Origin: Flexivirga oryzae | Lineage (GTDB): Bacteria > Actinomycetota > Actinomycetes > Actinomycetales > Dermatophilaceae | Length of the DNA: 32,000 nt | Direction: 5' to 3' | NCBI RefSeq assembly: GCF_014190805.1 | Contig: NZ_JACHVQ010000001.1 | Span: 1,926,689-1,958,688 of the forward strand | Shown here: positions 22,177 to 31,964 of the stretch, one piece after another | Layout of the letters: every line of letters starts with the position of its first letter | Position numbering within the stretch: position 1 is the stretch's first letter | Translations under genes and position numbers: made by a program | The notes under the pieces: generated by a model | Seen by the model: only the letters and a program-made list of their open reading frames with translations | What the model was told of the DNA's origin: nothing | Database searches by the model: none

Positions 22177-23859
22177 TCAGCTCTGCGCGACGTCCACCGG
22201 CTCGGGGTCGGTCGACACGAAGCGCTCCTCGTGCTCGCGGCCACCGATCAGGACGGCGGCCAGCACCGCGGCGAGCAGCGCGGCAATGCCACAGATCAGG
22301 TAGCCGAGTGCGTATCCGTTCGAAAGGGCATGGAACGCAACGTCTTTCAGTGGGTTGAGCGGTGCGGGCACGCCGTTGGCTCCGAGTGGACCCGAGTTGA
22401 CGGCGCCGACCGCGCCTTCGAGCTCTGCCTTCTTCGCACCCGTCGCGTGCGACGGCGCAGCGTTGAACGCCTTGAGGGCGTCCTGCAGCTGCGGCGAGGC
22501 GGCCACCTTGGCGGCGATCTCGTAGGCCGACTTGGTCAGCGCGACCGCACCGACGATCGCCGGGCCGAGACTCAGGCCGAAATCTCGCAGCATCGACGTC
22601 ATCGCGCTCGCCATACCGGCCCTGGACGTCGGGACACTGTTCACCGACACCGCGGTGATCGAGGTGACGGCGGTCTTGAAACCGGCGCCGACTGCGAGCA
22701 ACGGCACCGCGATCGCCCACAACGAGTCGTGCGTCGACGGGATCAGGCACAACGCGACGTCACCGACGCCGATCAGGGCGGCACCGAGCGCGAGCACCCA
22801 GCCCGGGTTGTACCGCTGCAGCAGGAACGGGCTGACCGGAAACAGCACGGCACCCATGATGTTCAGCAGGATGAACGCGACGGCCGTGAACAGCGGCGAA
22901 TGGCCCTGGATCGCCGACACCCGGATGCTGGTCGCGTACGCCGTGCCGAGGTAGGCGAACATCGCCAGGAGCGTGACGATCGAGGTGACCACGAACGCGC
23001 GGTTCGAGAAGAGCTCGAGTTGCACCAACGGCTTCTCGGTCCGGCGCTCGACGAACACGAAGGCGACCAGGAAGATCACCGCTGCGATGAAGCAGCCGAT
23101 GACGGTTCCCGAGGTCCAGTCTCCTTCGGCACCCTGGATCACGCCGTACACCAACGCGAACACGCCGATCGCCACCAGGATCTGACCGGGTATGTCGAGC
23201 GCGCGGCCCTCCTTCGCGCTCGAGTTCGTCGCACCGACAACGGTGATCACGGTGCTGATCAGCGCGAAGCAGGCCAGCCCGGCGAACGCCCAGCGCCAGC
23301 TGGCGTCCGCGCCGCCCGAGTGGTGGATGCGAGCCAGCAGGCCACCCATCACCGGGGAGCCGAAACCACCGACCGTCAACGCGACGGCCCACGCGGAGAA
23401 GACCTCCGACCGCGCCTTCACCGTGTGCGTGCCGGCGGCCAGCATGGCGATCGAGGTCGGGAACATCGCGGCCGCACCGACACCGGCCAAACCGTAACCA
23501 CCGAAGAGGTAGACGAACTTCATGCCGTGCGATCCACCGGTCGGCGTGAGGAACGCGATCACGGTGCCGATCACCATCAGCGACGAGCCCACGGTCAGCA
23601 ACCGTTTGCGGCCGAACATGTCGCCGAGCACGCCGAAGGTCAGCTCCAGCAAGGTCACCGGCAACAAGAAGGCGTCGGACACCCAGGTCAGCTGCGTCGA
23701 GGAGGGGTTCAGGTCCAGCTGGATGATGCCTTGCAGCACCGCGGGCATCGACAGCCCGAGCTGGGCGACCAACGCCGCGAACACGCACGCGACGAAGGTC
23801 CCCTTCGTCAGTTTTCGCCCGGCAGCCGACTCGGCGGGCACTTCCGTCATCGAACTCAT
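22177..23859 (-). CDS. MFS transporter, DHA2 (14-TMS, EmrB/QacA-like) family
   Basis: 560 aa, highly hydrophobic with many predicted TM segments. MFS motif A region GVLGDMFGRKRLLTVG. The length and large C-terminal half fit DHA2. Start is ATG 23859 or 23850. Confidence 0.9.
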   Translation of the reverse strand: MSSMTEVPAESAAGRKLTKGTFVACVFAALVAQLGLSMPAVLQGIIQLDLNPSSTQLTWVSDAFLLPVTLLELTFGVLGDMFGRKRLLTVGSSLMVIGTVIAFLTPTGGSHGMKFVYLFGGYGLAGVGAAAMFPTSIAMLAAGTHTVKARSEVFSAWAVALTVGGFGSPVMGGLLARIHHSGGADASWRWAFAGLACFALISTVITVVGATNSSAKEGRALDIPGQILVAIGVFALVYGVIQGAEGDWTSGTVIGCFIAAVIFLVAFVFVERRTEKPLVQLELFSNRAFVVTSIVTLLAMFAYLGTAYATSIRVSAIQGHSPLFTAVAFILLNIMGAVLFPVSPFLLQRYNPGWVLALGAALIGVGDVALCLIPSTHDSLWAIAVPLLAVGAGFKTAVTSITAVSVNSVPTSRAGMASAMTSMLRDFGLSLGPAIVGAVALTKSAYEIAAKVAASPQLQDALKAFNAAPSHATGAKKAELEGAVGAVNSGPLGANGVPAPLNPLKDVAFHALSNGYALGYLICGIAALLAAVLAAVLIGGREHEERFVSTDPEPVDVAQS

Positions 23860-23902
23860 GACGTGAAGTCAATCACAATATCGGCGTAATTGCCTACCTA
23901 TT

Positions 23903-23926
23903 TTGTTAATAATCTTGCCGACCGTG
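23903..23926 (+). promoter_or_regulatory. Partial (half-site) copy of the AT-rich motif upstream of the MFS gene (site 3)
   Basis: TTGTTAATAATCTTGCCGACCGTG. The first 11 nt match site 1 at 10/11 and GCCGA follows at 1-nt shorter spacing. The right half-site is absent. Confidence 0.3.
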
Positions 23927-23961
23927 TGCTGTGCCGCACCGATCCGGACGGCGACCGGAGC

Positions 23962-24873
23962 TCAGCGACACGGGCCGATCGGCTCGGCGACCAAGGTCTC
24001 GCTCGGCAGATCCACACGCAGCACCATGTCCCCGGGGTGCAGCCGGGCGTCGCGTCGGTAGAGCTCGAGCAGCCGTTCCTCTGCAGCCAGGTCGCCCGTG
24101 TCCGCGGCTTCGAGCAATTGCGCCACCTCGTCGATGAGGGTCGCGTCCTGACCCTCATCGCCCGGCGCGGTCATCGTCCCCCATCGGTCCCAGAGCAGCA
24201 GTTCGTCACCGAAGCGGTGCGCCACCTCCAGCAGCACGTAGTTGCGGACCATCCACGCACCGCGAGCCACCGGCACCGACGCGTCGACGCCGAACGTCTC
24301 GGCGTCGAGGGTGCCTGCGCGATGGCCGCGCCATACCTCGGCCGCGGTGTGGAATCCGTTGCCGGCCGGGATGTTCCGCGGGTTCGGCAGCGCCGCGCTC
24401 GGTTCGTCCACCTCCGGGTCGAAGCGGACCCACCGGTCCCCCAGCCACACCTCGGGGATGACGTGGTCGTGGTGCCAGTCGGGCGCGAAGTAGTCGACGA
24501 ACCCGACCCGGGACCTCGCGGGTATGCCGTGCTGGCGCAGTGTCGCGACGCTCAGCAGTGTGTGGTCACGGCAGCATCCCTGCACCTTCGTGGCGGGCTC
24601 CCGCCTTTCAGTGAGCGGCGCCGGGTGGCGTTGCTGGTCGATCCCGAGCGTGCGCTCGATCCAGCGGGAGTGGATGTCCGAGACGGTCTTCGCGGGCAAG
24701 TCGTGATCGGATGCCCGGTAGTGCACGATGACGTTCCGGACGACGGCCGACATCTCGTCGAGGTCGGTGGGGACTGCGTCCAGCAGGGCTGCGAAGCGCC
24801 CCGGGTCGCTGTATGCCGTGTGGGCGGCGTGGTCGATCACCGAAAATGGCATGGCGGTACTCATGATTGGCAT
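23962..24873 (-). CDS. Transglutaminase-like cysteine peptidase-fold protein
   Basis: Cys-His-Asp core in the expected order: GCCRDHTLLSVATLRQHGIPARSRVGF, HHDHVIPEVWLGDRWVRFDPE. ATG 24873 gives 303 aa (alternative 24864). The upstream 200 aa of ORF 23962..25476 overlaps merR and is rejected. Confidence 0.8.
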   Translation of the reverse strand: MPIMSTAMPFSVIDHAAHTAYSDPGRFAALLDAVPTDLDEMSAVVRNVIVHYRASDHDLPAKTVSDIHSRWIERTLGIDQQRHPAPLTERREPATKVQGCCRDHTLLSVATLRQHGIPARSRVGFVDYFAPDWHHDHVIPEVWLGDRWVRFDPEVDEPSAALPNPRNIPAGNGFHTAAEVWRGHRAGTLDAETFGVDASVPVARGAWMVRNYVLLEVAHRFGDELLLWDRWGTMTAPGDEGQDATLIDEVAQLLEAADTGDLAAEERLLELYRRDARLHPGDMVLRVDLPSETLVAEPIGPCR

Positions 24874-24905
24874 CCGTTCTGTTATCGGGCTTCTCGGGTA
24901 TTGGG

Positions 24906-25733
24906 TCAGTGTTCTTGAGCCGGCGCCAGCGGCTGCACGATGTCGGCGACGTGTTCGACGCCCGCGCTGCCGTCCCAGTCGGAGATGTAGCGCTCCCGGA
25001 CCGGGCCGGCCGACGGAAGATCGAGAGATGCACGCACGACCGCCGAATACGCCTGCAGGATCTGGGGATAGCCGCACAGGTCGGAGCCGATCTCGACATA
25101 CAGCTCCTCGCCTGCCGGCTCCACCCGCACGCTGATGTCGCTCGTCGGCGGCACCAGTCCGTCGAAGGGCACGCAGACCTCGATCGGGCCGTCGCTGTCC
25201 GGGCTGACGGTGCCGTGGTAGATCACCCAGGACTCCGCCGTCCGCGTCGCGTCGTGCGCTGCGAGGTGCTCGGAGATCGCCCGATCCGCCTCGGTGAAGC
25301 AGTCGACCAGCTCCGGTTGCAGCGCCCGTCGGGTGATCGAAGCAACCGTCCGCTCCGCCATGGTGCGTTGCCGCACGACAAGGTCCGCCGCGGCGACCTG
25401 CCGCGCGGTGAGCTCGGCGAGCAGGAAGTCGACGATGCCCTCCTGTTCCCGGTGCAGTCGCGCGTGGCCCTGCCACCAGGCGGTCAACCGGTCTGCCGCC
25501 TGGTGCTCGTCATCGGCGTCGACCACCTGCGCGACGAGGGCGAGCGGTGCGCCCGCCCGCCGCAGCATGGTGATCCGCTCGGCACGACCCAGTTGTTCTG
25601 GCCCGTAGTAGCGGTAGCCGTTGTGTTCATCGATCCGCTGTGGCAGCAGCAGGCCGGAATCGGCATACAACCGCAGTGCTTTGGGACTCAGCCCGGTGCT
25701 GCGGCCGAACTCGCCGGCGGTCATCTCCTTCAT
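24906..25733 (-). CDS. MerR-family transcriptional regulator with GyrI-like/effector-binding C-terminal domain
   Basis: N-terminal MerR wHTH (MTAGEFGRSTGLSPKALRLYADSGLLLPQRIDEHNGYRYYGPEQLGRAERITMLRRAG). The ~170-aa C-terminal domain is of BmrR/GyrI-like type. Confidence 0.9.
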   Translation of the reverse strand: MKEMTAGEFGRSTGLSPKALRLYADSGLLLPQRIDEHNGYRYYGPEQLGRAERITMLRRAGAPLALVAQVVDADDEHQAADRLTAWWQGHARLHREQEGIVDFLLAELTARQVAAADLVVRQRTMAERTVASITRRALQPELVDCFTEADRAISEHLAAHDATRTAESWVIYHGTVSPDSDGPIEVCVPFDGLVPPTSDISVRVEPAGEELYVEIGSDLCGYPQILQAYSAVVRASLDLPSAGPVRERYISDWDGSAGVEHVADIVQPLAPAQEH

Positions 25734-25740
25734 GGGGACG

Positions 25741-25771
25741 AGTCTGGGGCTCGCCCCTGGGGCGAGGTCAA
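25741..25771 (-). promoter_or_regulatory. MerR-type promoter: -35 and -10 with 19-bp spacer containing a 17-bp palindrome
   Basis: Minus strand: TTGACC (25771-25766), 19-nt spacer carrying CTCGCCCC-A-GGGGCGAG (25750-25766), CAGACT (25746-25741), then 7 nt to the merR ATG (25733). Confidence 0.5.
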
Positions 25772-25838
25772 GACCCCCTTGCCGCGTCGGGCCAGACTTG
25801 GTTTAATTATCAGGATTCCTGTTGATTAGGAGAACACG

Positions 25839-26633
25839 GTGTCCCTACCCACCACGGCCGACCTGCCCGATACGTTGACCGTCACCGAGTCCGGTGATGT
25901 CGCCGTCCTGACGCTGAACCGCCCGGAGAAGCGCAACGCCCTCAACGACGAGACGGTGCTCGGCATCGAGCACTTCTTCACCAACCTGCCCCGTGGCGTA
26001 CGGGCGGTCGTGCTGGCCGCCCAGGGCGACCACTTCTGCGCCGGTCTGGACCTGAGCGAGCTGTCCGAAGGCGACGCCGTCACCGGGCTGCAGCACTCAC
26101 GCATGTGGCACCGCGCCTTCGAGGCCATCGAATTCGGTCCCGTTCCGGTGGTCGCCGCGCTCAAGGGCGCCGTCGTCGGTGGCGGACTGGAGCTCGCGGC
26201 CGCGACGCACGTCCGCGTCGCGGAGTCGACGACCTTCTACGCACTGCCCGAGGGCATGCGGGGCCTGTTCGTCGGAGGCGGGGCCTCGGTCCGTGTTCCC
26301 CGGCTGATGGGGGTCGCCCGAATGACGGACCTGATGCTCACCGGACGTCGTTACGACGCTGCCGAGGGACTGGCGGCCGGCCTGTCGCAGTACGTGGTCG
26401 AGGAGGGAGCCGGGGTCGACCGGGCCATCGAGATCGCCCGACAGATCGCCGGCAACGCAACGCAGAGCAACTACGCGATCATCCAGGCGCTGCCCAGGAT
26501 CGCCGAGGCGAATCCGCGCGAGGGCTACTTCATGGAGGCGATGATGGCCGCGATCGCCCAGGGCAGCGACGACGCGAAGGATCGGATGCGCGCCTTCCTC
26601 GAGGGCCGCGCACCGAAGGTGACCGATCGATGA
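25839..26633 (+). CDS. Enoyl-CoA hydratase/isomerase (crotonase) family protein
   Basis: LNRPEKRNAL, FCAGLDL, oxyanion-hole region AALKGAVVGGGLELAAATH. GTG 25839 lies 6 nt after AGGAG. Confidence 0.9.
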   Translation: MSLPTTADLPDTLTVTESGDVAVLTLNRPEKRNALNDETVLGIEHFFTNLPRGVRAVVLAAQGDHFCAGLDLSELSEGDAVTGLQHSRMWHRAFEAIEFGPVPVVAALKGAVVGGGLELAAATHVRVAESTTFYALPEGMRGLFVGGGASVRVPRLMGVARMTDLMLTGRRYDAAEGLAAGLSQYVVEEGAGVDRAIEIARQIAGNATQSNYAIIQALPRIAEANPREGYFMEAMMAAIAQGSDDAKDRMRAFLEGRAPKVTDR

Positions 26634-28624
26634 GCACCTCCGAAACCACCTCCACCACAACGGGTCCCGACACCGGAGACGTCGTATGGCGACCGCCGGC
26701 GGACGTCCTCGACACCAGCCGGGTCGGCGCGTTCCTGCACTGGCTGCGGGATGAGCGAGGCATCGCGCTGGCCGGCCACGACGAGCTGTGGCAGTGGTCC
26801 GTGGACGAACTCGAGCAGTTCTGGGCCGCCGTCTGGGACTTCTTCGACGTCACCGATCACGGCACCCGTGGCGCCGTCCTCGAACAACGCGTCATGCCCG
26901 GGGCGAAGTGGTTCACCGGGTCCCTGGTCAACTACGCCGAGCAGGCCCTGAAGGGGTGCGGTGACGACCAGGCACCCGCGGTGCTTGGCCGGTCGCAGAC
27001 GCGCGAGGACGTCGACCTCAGCTGGGAGCAACTGCGTGATCAGGTCGGTCGCGCACGCCGCGTGCTGCGCGACCACGGCGTCGGGCCCGGCGACCGGGTC
27101 GCGGGCTACCTGCCCAACACCCCCGAAGCCGTCGTCGCCTTCCTGGCCGCCGCCGGCCTCGGCGCGATCTGGACCAGTTGCGCCATCGAGTTCGGGCCGC
27201 GCAGCGTCATCGACCGGTTCGGGCAGGTCGAGCCCACGATCCTGCTGGTGGCCGGTGGCTACAACTACGGCGACAAGCGCGTCGACCGCAGCGCACAGAT
27301 CACCGCGATCCGTGCTGAGCTTCCCAGCGTCACAACTGTTCTCGACATCGAGTACGGCGACTGGCGGGTCGGGGATGCGGCGTCGTGGCCGGACGAGCTG
27401 GCCGCGGTGACCGACCCGATCCACGCGGCGACGCCGGTGCCCTTCGACCATCCGCTCGTCGTGCTCTTCTCGTCCGGGACGACCGGCAAGCCCAAGGCGA
27501 TCGTGCACGGTCACGGCGGCATCGTCCTGGAACACCTGAAGAACCACGCCCTGTCCTGGGACCTCGGCAGCGGCGACGTGATGCTCTGGTACTCCACGAC
27601 GGCCTGGATGATGTGGAACGCCCTGGTCTCCGGGCTCCTCGTCGGCGCCACGGTCGTGACGCTGGACGGCAACCCGGCCCACCCGGACCTGACCTGGCAG
27701 TGGGACCTGGCCGAGCGGACCGGCGCGACCCTGATGGGTGCCAGCCCCGGTTTCATCATGGCCTGCCGCAGCGCCGGGATCGACCTGTCCGGGCGCGACC
27801 TGCGGGTCCGCGTCGTCGGGTCGGCCGGGTCGCCGCTGCCGCCCGAGGGCTACGGCTGGATCCGCGACCAGCTGGGTGACCACGTCCAGCTGAACGTCGG
27901 CAGCGGCGGCACGGATGTCTGCAGCGGCCTGGTGCAGAACAACCCGCTGCTGCCGGTGCGTGCCGGCATGATCTCGGGTCGCGGGCTCGGTGTCGACGTG
28001 CACGCATTCGACTCCGAAGGTCGCGAAATCATCGGCGAACCGGGCGAACTCGTCATCCTCTCGCCGATGCCGTCGATGCCGGTCGGTTTCTGGGGCGACG
28101 ACGGGAGCCGGTTGAGGGCGACCTACTTCGACACCTACCCAGGTGTATGGCGACACGGTGACTGGATCGTCTTCGAGCCCGACGGGAGCTGCGTGGTCAC
28201 CGGCCGCAGCGACTCGACGCTCAACCGCGGCGGGGTCCGGCTCGGGACCGCCGAGTTCTACCGGGTCGTCGAGGAACTGCCGGACATCAGCGACAGCCTC
28301 GTGGTGCACCTGGAGGACCCGGCCGGTGGCAACGGAGAGCTCATCCTCTTCGTCACGACGGCACAGCCCCTGCCCGCGGACGAGCTCCGGGCCCGCGTGT
28401 CAGGAGCGCTGCGTTCGGCGTTGAGCCCTCGGCACGTGCCCGACGCCGTCGTCGAGGTCGCCTCGATCCCGCGGAACCTGACCGGCAAGAAGCTCGAGGT
28501 CCCGGTGAAGCGCATCCTGCAGGGTGCCGCCGCCTCCGACGTCGTCAGCCCCGACGCACTGGCCGACCCGGCTTCGATCGATGCCTTCGTCGCGTATGCC
28601 GCGGCACGAACGCAGGAGAGCTGA
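26630..28624 (+). CDS. Acetoacetate-CoA ligase-like acyl-CoA synthetase (AMP-forming)
   Basis: 664 aa. AACS-type N-terminus (FLHWLRDERGIALAGHDELWQWSVDELEQFWAAVWDFF), AMP-binding motif FSSGTTGKPKAIVH, and a late TGRSDSTLNRGGVRLGTAE motif. ATG overlaps the crotonase stop (ATGA). The upstream part of ORF 26105..28624 is rejected. Confidence 0.9.
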   Translation: MSTSETTSTTTGPDTGDVVWRPPADVLDTSRVGAFLHWLRDERGIALAGHDELWQWSVDELEQFWAAVWDFFDVTDHGTRGAVLEQRVMPGAKWFTGSLVNYAEQALKGCGDDQAPAVLGRSQTREDVDLSWEQLRDQVGRARRVLRDHGVGPGDRVAGYLPNTPEAVVAFLAAAGLGAIWTSCAIEFGPRSVIDRFGQVEPTILLVAGGYNYGDKRVDRSAQITAIRAELPSVTTVLDIEYGDWRVGDAASWPDELAAVTDPIHAATPVPFDHPLVVLFSSGTTGKPKAIVHGHGGIVLEHLKNHALSWDLGSGDVMLWYSTTAWMMWNALVSGLLVGATVVTLDGNPAHPDLTWQWDLAERTGATLMGASPGFIMACRSAGIDLSGRDLRVRVVGSAGSPLPPEGYGWIRDQLGDHVQLNVGSGGTDVCSGLVQNNPLLPVRAGMISGRGLGVDVHAFDSEGREIIGEPGELVILSPMPSMPVGFWGDDGSRLRATYFDTYPGVWRHGDWIVFEPDGSCVVTGRSDSTLNRGGVRLGTAEFYRVVEELPDISDSLVVHLEDPAGGNGELILFVTTAQPLPADELRARVSGALRSALSPRHVPDAVVEVASIPRNLTGKKLEVPVKRILQGAAASDVVSPDALADPASIDAFVAYAAARTQES

Positions 28625-29568
28625 TGCGCACCGAGCTCACCGAGATCGCCGTCGTCGGCGCCGGATCCATCGGGTGCAGCTGGGCGGCACTCGCGCTCTC
28701 CCGCGGCCTCACGGTCCACCTGGCCGACCCGTCCGAGACGGCACGAGAGGCCGCCGCCGACGCGGTGACCGTGCGACTCGCCGATCTGCGCGCTCCCCGC
28801 GACGCGGCAGCGAAACTCGTCCTGCACGACGATGCGGCCGAGGCGGCAGCAGCAGCGGACCTGGTGATCGAGGCCGGCCCCGAACGACTCGACCTGAAGC
28901 GCGAGATGTTCGCCGCCCTCGACGCCGCTGCGGCACCCGATGTCCTGTTGGCAAGCAGCAGTTCGGGTTTCGGCCCCAGCAGCTTCCAGGACGGGTGCGC
29001 GCATCCCGAGCGGGTGCTGGTCGCTCACCCGTTCAACCCGCCGCACCTGATCCCGCTCGTCGAGGTCGTCGGCGGCGAAGCCACCGCAGAGACGGCGGTG
29101 GAGGCTGCGTTCAATGTCCTGGAGCAACTGGGTCGGCGACCCATCCGGGTCCGCGCCGAGTTGCCCGGGCACGTCGTCAACCGGCTGCAGGCCGCCTTGT
29201 GGCGCGAGGCCTACGACCTCATCGGCCGCGGCGCGATCAGTGTCGCCGACCTCGACCTGGCCGTCTCCAACGGTCCCGGCCTGCGGTGGGCGCTACTCGG
29301 GCCCATCGCCACCCAGCACCTGTCCGGCGGACCGGGCGGGATGGCGCATGTGCTGGAGCATCTCGGCCCGCCGATGGTCGACTGGTGGGCCGACCTGCGG
29401 GAGCCGGAGCTCACCCCGGAGCTCACCGCGCAGCTCGTGTCGGGTGTCCGGTCCGAGCTCGCCGGCGAGGACGAAGCGGTCCGGCAGCGCCGGGACGCGG
29501 CACTGCAGGAGTTGCTGGCCCTCAAGGCTCGGCTCGGACTGGACGCCGAGAGCAGAGGTGGCCGATGA
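28624..29568 (+). CDS. 3-hydroxyacyl-CoA dehydrogenase family protein (L-carnitine dehydrogenase / lambda-crystallin-like subgroup)
   Basis: Rossmann IAVVGAGSIGCSWA, HPFNPPHLIPLVEVV, GHVVNRLQAALWREA, GPGLRWALLGP. TGATG junction with the upstream gene. Confidence 0.85.
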   Translation: MRTELTEIAVVGAGSIGCSWAALALSRGLTVHLADPSETAREAAADAVTVRLADLRAPRDAAAKLVLHDDAAEAAAAADLVIEAGPERLDLKREMFAALDAAAAPDVLLASSSSGFGPSSFQDGCAHPERVLVAHPFNPPHLIPLVEVVGGEATAETAVEAAFNVLEQLGRRPIRVRAELPGHVVNRLQAALWREAYDLIGRGAISVADLDLAVSNGPGLRWALLGPIATQHLSGGPGGMAHVLEHLGPPMVDWWADLREPELTPELTAQLVSGVRSELAGEDEAVRQRRDAALQELLALKARLGLDAESRGGR

Positions 29569-31067
29569 ACGATCAGGGGCTCGGTTCCTGGCCGCGTCGC
29601 CGCGCGCGGATGACACCCTACAAGGCCGCCCTGGTGCAGGACGGGCGCCGGATGAGCTACCGGCAACTCGACCTGACCAGCACCCGCCTGGCACACGGTC
29701 TGCGTGCCCGCGGGGTCGGCCCTGGTGACCGGGTCGCCTTCCTCGGGCTGAACTCGATCGAGCTGGTGACCGCGATGTTCGCCACCGCGTCGCTGGGCGC
29801 AGTCTTCGTGCCGCTCAACACGCGGTTGGCGGCGCCGGAGCTGCGGTACGTGCTGGACAACAGCGAGCCGGCGACGGTGATCTGCGAGGACACCCTCGCC
29901 ACCTCGGACGTCGCCGCGATGCTCGACGAGATCGGCGTGTCGACATACATTTTCAGCCGGAACGCAGGCGACGGGCTGCGCGCCCTCGAGGCCGACGACG
30001 AATCGCCGCTCGACGACTCCGTCGGTCACGACGACCTGTTCATGATCCAGTACACCTCGGGCACCAGCGGACGACCCAAGGGTGTCCAGCTCACCCACGG
30101 GAACGTCATCTGGAACGTCATGAACCTCATGGTCGACGTCGATCTGGGCAGTGAGGAGGTTGCCCTGGTCACCGCTCCCCTGTTTCACACGGCGGCCCTG
30201 AACCAGGTCCTTTTCCCGACCATTCTCAAGGGCGGGACGGCCCTGCTCGAGGCCCGCTTCGACCCGGACCGGGCTCTTGATCTGATCGAGTCCGAAGGCG
30301 TGACACTGCTTTTCGGCGTTACCTCGATGTACCTCGCCCTGTCCGACGCGCAACGTTTCGGTGGCGCCGATCTGACGACGTTGCGCTCCGCGCTCAGCGG
30401 CGGCGCGCCGATCCCCGAAGCACTGCTGCGCGTCTGGCTCGACCGCGGTCTGATGATCGTGCAGGGCTACGGCCTCACCGAGGCGTCGCCGGGCAGCACC
30501 ATGCTGCGTGCGGCCGACGGCATCCGCAAGCTCGGATCCGCAGGAACCGCATGCTTCTTCACCGATGTCCGCGTCGTCGACGGCGCCGGCGACCCAGTCA
30601 CCGGCGAGCCGGGCGAGGTCCAGGTCAGCGGCCCGAACGTCACGCCCGGGTACTGGCGCGACCCGGCCACCACCGACCGTGCCTTCTCCGACTCCTGGTT
30701 GCACACCGGCGACCTCGCGACGGTCGACGAGGAGGGTTACCTGCGCATCGTCGGACGGCTCAAGGACATGTACATCTCCGGCGGCGAGAACGTCTACCCC
30801 GCCGAGGTCGAGAGTGCGTTGTACGAGCACCCAGACGTGATCGAGGCAGCGGTGATCGGCATACCGGACCCCACCTGGGGGGAGGTCGGGCGGGCATTCG
30901 TGGTCGCAGCGCCCGGCTCGTCCCTCGATCAGGACGGGCTCATCGCGCACCTGGACGGACGGCTGGCGCGCTACAAGCTGCCCAAGTCCGTGGTGTTCCT
31001 TGACGACCTGCCACACAACGCGTCTGGAAAATTGATGAAATCCCAGCTCCGAGAGGTAAATCCGTGA
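29565..31067 (+). CDS. Acyl-CoA synthetase / fatty-acid-CoA ligase (AMP-binding family)
   Basis: 500 aa. YTSGTSGRPKGVQLTH, QGYGLTE, TGDLATVDEEGYLRIVGRLKD, and C-terminal LPHNASGKLMK. ATG overlaps the upstream stop (ATGA). The upstream 347 aa of ORF 28524..31067 is rejected. Confidence 0.9.
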   Translation: MNDQGLGSWPRRRARMTPYKAALVQDGRRMSYRQLDLTSTRLAHGLRARGVGPGDRVAFLGLNSIELVTAMFATASLGAVFVPLNTRLAAPELRYVLDNSEPATVICEDTLATSDVAAMLDEIGVSTYIFSRNAGDGLRALEADDESPLDDSVGHDDLFMIQYTSGTSGRPKGVQLTHGNVIWNVMNLMVDVDLGSEEVALVTAPLFHTAALNQVLFPTILKGGTALLEARFDPDRALDLIESEGVTLLFGVTSMYLALSDAQRFGGADLTTLRSALSGGAPIPEALLRVWLDRGLMIVQGYGLTEASPGSTMLRAADGIRKLGSAGTACFFTDVRVVDGAGDPVTGEPGEVQVSGPNVTPGYWRDPATTDRAFSDSWLHTGDLATVDEEGYLRIVGRLKDMYISGGENVYPAEVESALYEHPDVIEAAVIGIPDPTWGEVGRAFVVAAPGSSLDQDGLIAHLDGRLARYKLPKSVVFLDDLPHNASGKLMKSQLREVNP

Positions 31068-31951
31068 CCATCTACCGGCCAGCGATCGATCTCGGGGCGA
31101 TCACCGCCCTCGACGTCCACGTGCATGTCGAGGCCGACGACCACGGGCACTTCTCCCTGGACCAGGAGTTGCTCGACGCCTCCGCGGCATACTTCAAGGG
31201 CGACGCACCGCGCACCCCGACCGTCGCGGACCTCGCCGAGCGCTATCGGCGAGCGGGTATGGCGGCAGTCGTCTTCACCGTCGACGCGACGACCGCGACG
31301 GGGCATCCCGCGCTGTCCAGTGAGGACATCGCACAGCAGGCGGCGCAGCACGCGGATGTGCTGATCCCGTTCGGTTCCGTCGATCCGCTGCAGGGTGACG
31401 CGGCCGTCCAGCGAGCTCGCCGCCTGGTGGAGGAGCACGGGGTGCGGGGGTTCAAGTTCCACCCGTCGCTGCAGGGCTTCTCCCCCGACGACGAGGCGTA
31501 CCGGCCGCTCTGGGCGACGTTGGAGGAGCTGGGTGTCCCGGCGCTGTTCCACACCGGACAGAACGGCATCGGCGCCGGCCTGCCGGGCGGGCGTGGCCTG
31601 AAGCTGCGCTACTCCAACCCGTTGCTGCTCGACGATGTCGCAGCCGACTTCCCGCAGCTGACGGTCATCCTCGCGCACCCGTCGGTGCCGTGGCAGGCCG
31701 AGGCCATCTCGATGGCGACCCACAAGGCGAACATCTTCATCGACCTGTCCGGCTGGCGGCCGAAGTACTTTCCCAAGGAGCTGGTCCACGCGGCGGGGCG
31801 GATGCTGCGCCACAAGGTGCTCTTCGGCAGCGACTACCCGTTGCTGACGCCGGAACGCTGGATCGAGGACTTCGAGCAGCTCGGGCTCGACCCGGCGGTC
31901 CTGCCGGGGATCCTCAAGGGCAACGCCGGTAGGGTTCTCGGACTGACCTGA
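31064..31951 (+). CDS. Amidohydrolase_2 (PF04909-like) family metal-dependent hydrolase/decarboxylase
   Basis: LDVHVHV (HxH), GVRGFKFHP, ALFHTG, ILAHPSVPW, LFGSDYP. GTG overlaps the upstream stop (GTGA) and GAGAGG lies 7 nt upstream. Confidence 0.85.
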   Translation: MTIYRPAIDLGAITALDVHVHVEADDHGHFSLDQELLDASAAYFKGDAPRTPTVADLAERYRRAGMAAVVFTVDATTATGHPALSSEDIAQQAAQHADVLIPFGSVDPLQGDAAVQRARRLVEEHGVRGFKFHPSLQGFSPDDEAYRPLWATLEELGVPALFHTGQNGIGAGLPGGRGLKLRYSNPLLLDDVAADFPQLTVILAHPSVPWQAEAISMATHKANIFIDLSGWRPKYFPKELVHAAGRMLRHKVLFGSDYPLLTPERWIEDFEQLGLDPAVLPGILKGNAGRVLGLT

Positions 31952-31964
31952 GGGAGGAGTGCCG

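Noticed and set aside
31064-31951. Possibility that the terminal amidohydrolase_2 protein is the missing PDC hydrolase LigI of the aromatic pathway
   Set aside because: It shares only generic PF04909 features (HxH, a late D) and lies in a different operon under a different regulator. The sequence does not resemble my recollection of LigI beyond the fold level.
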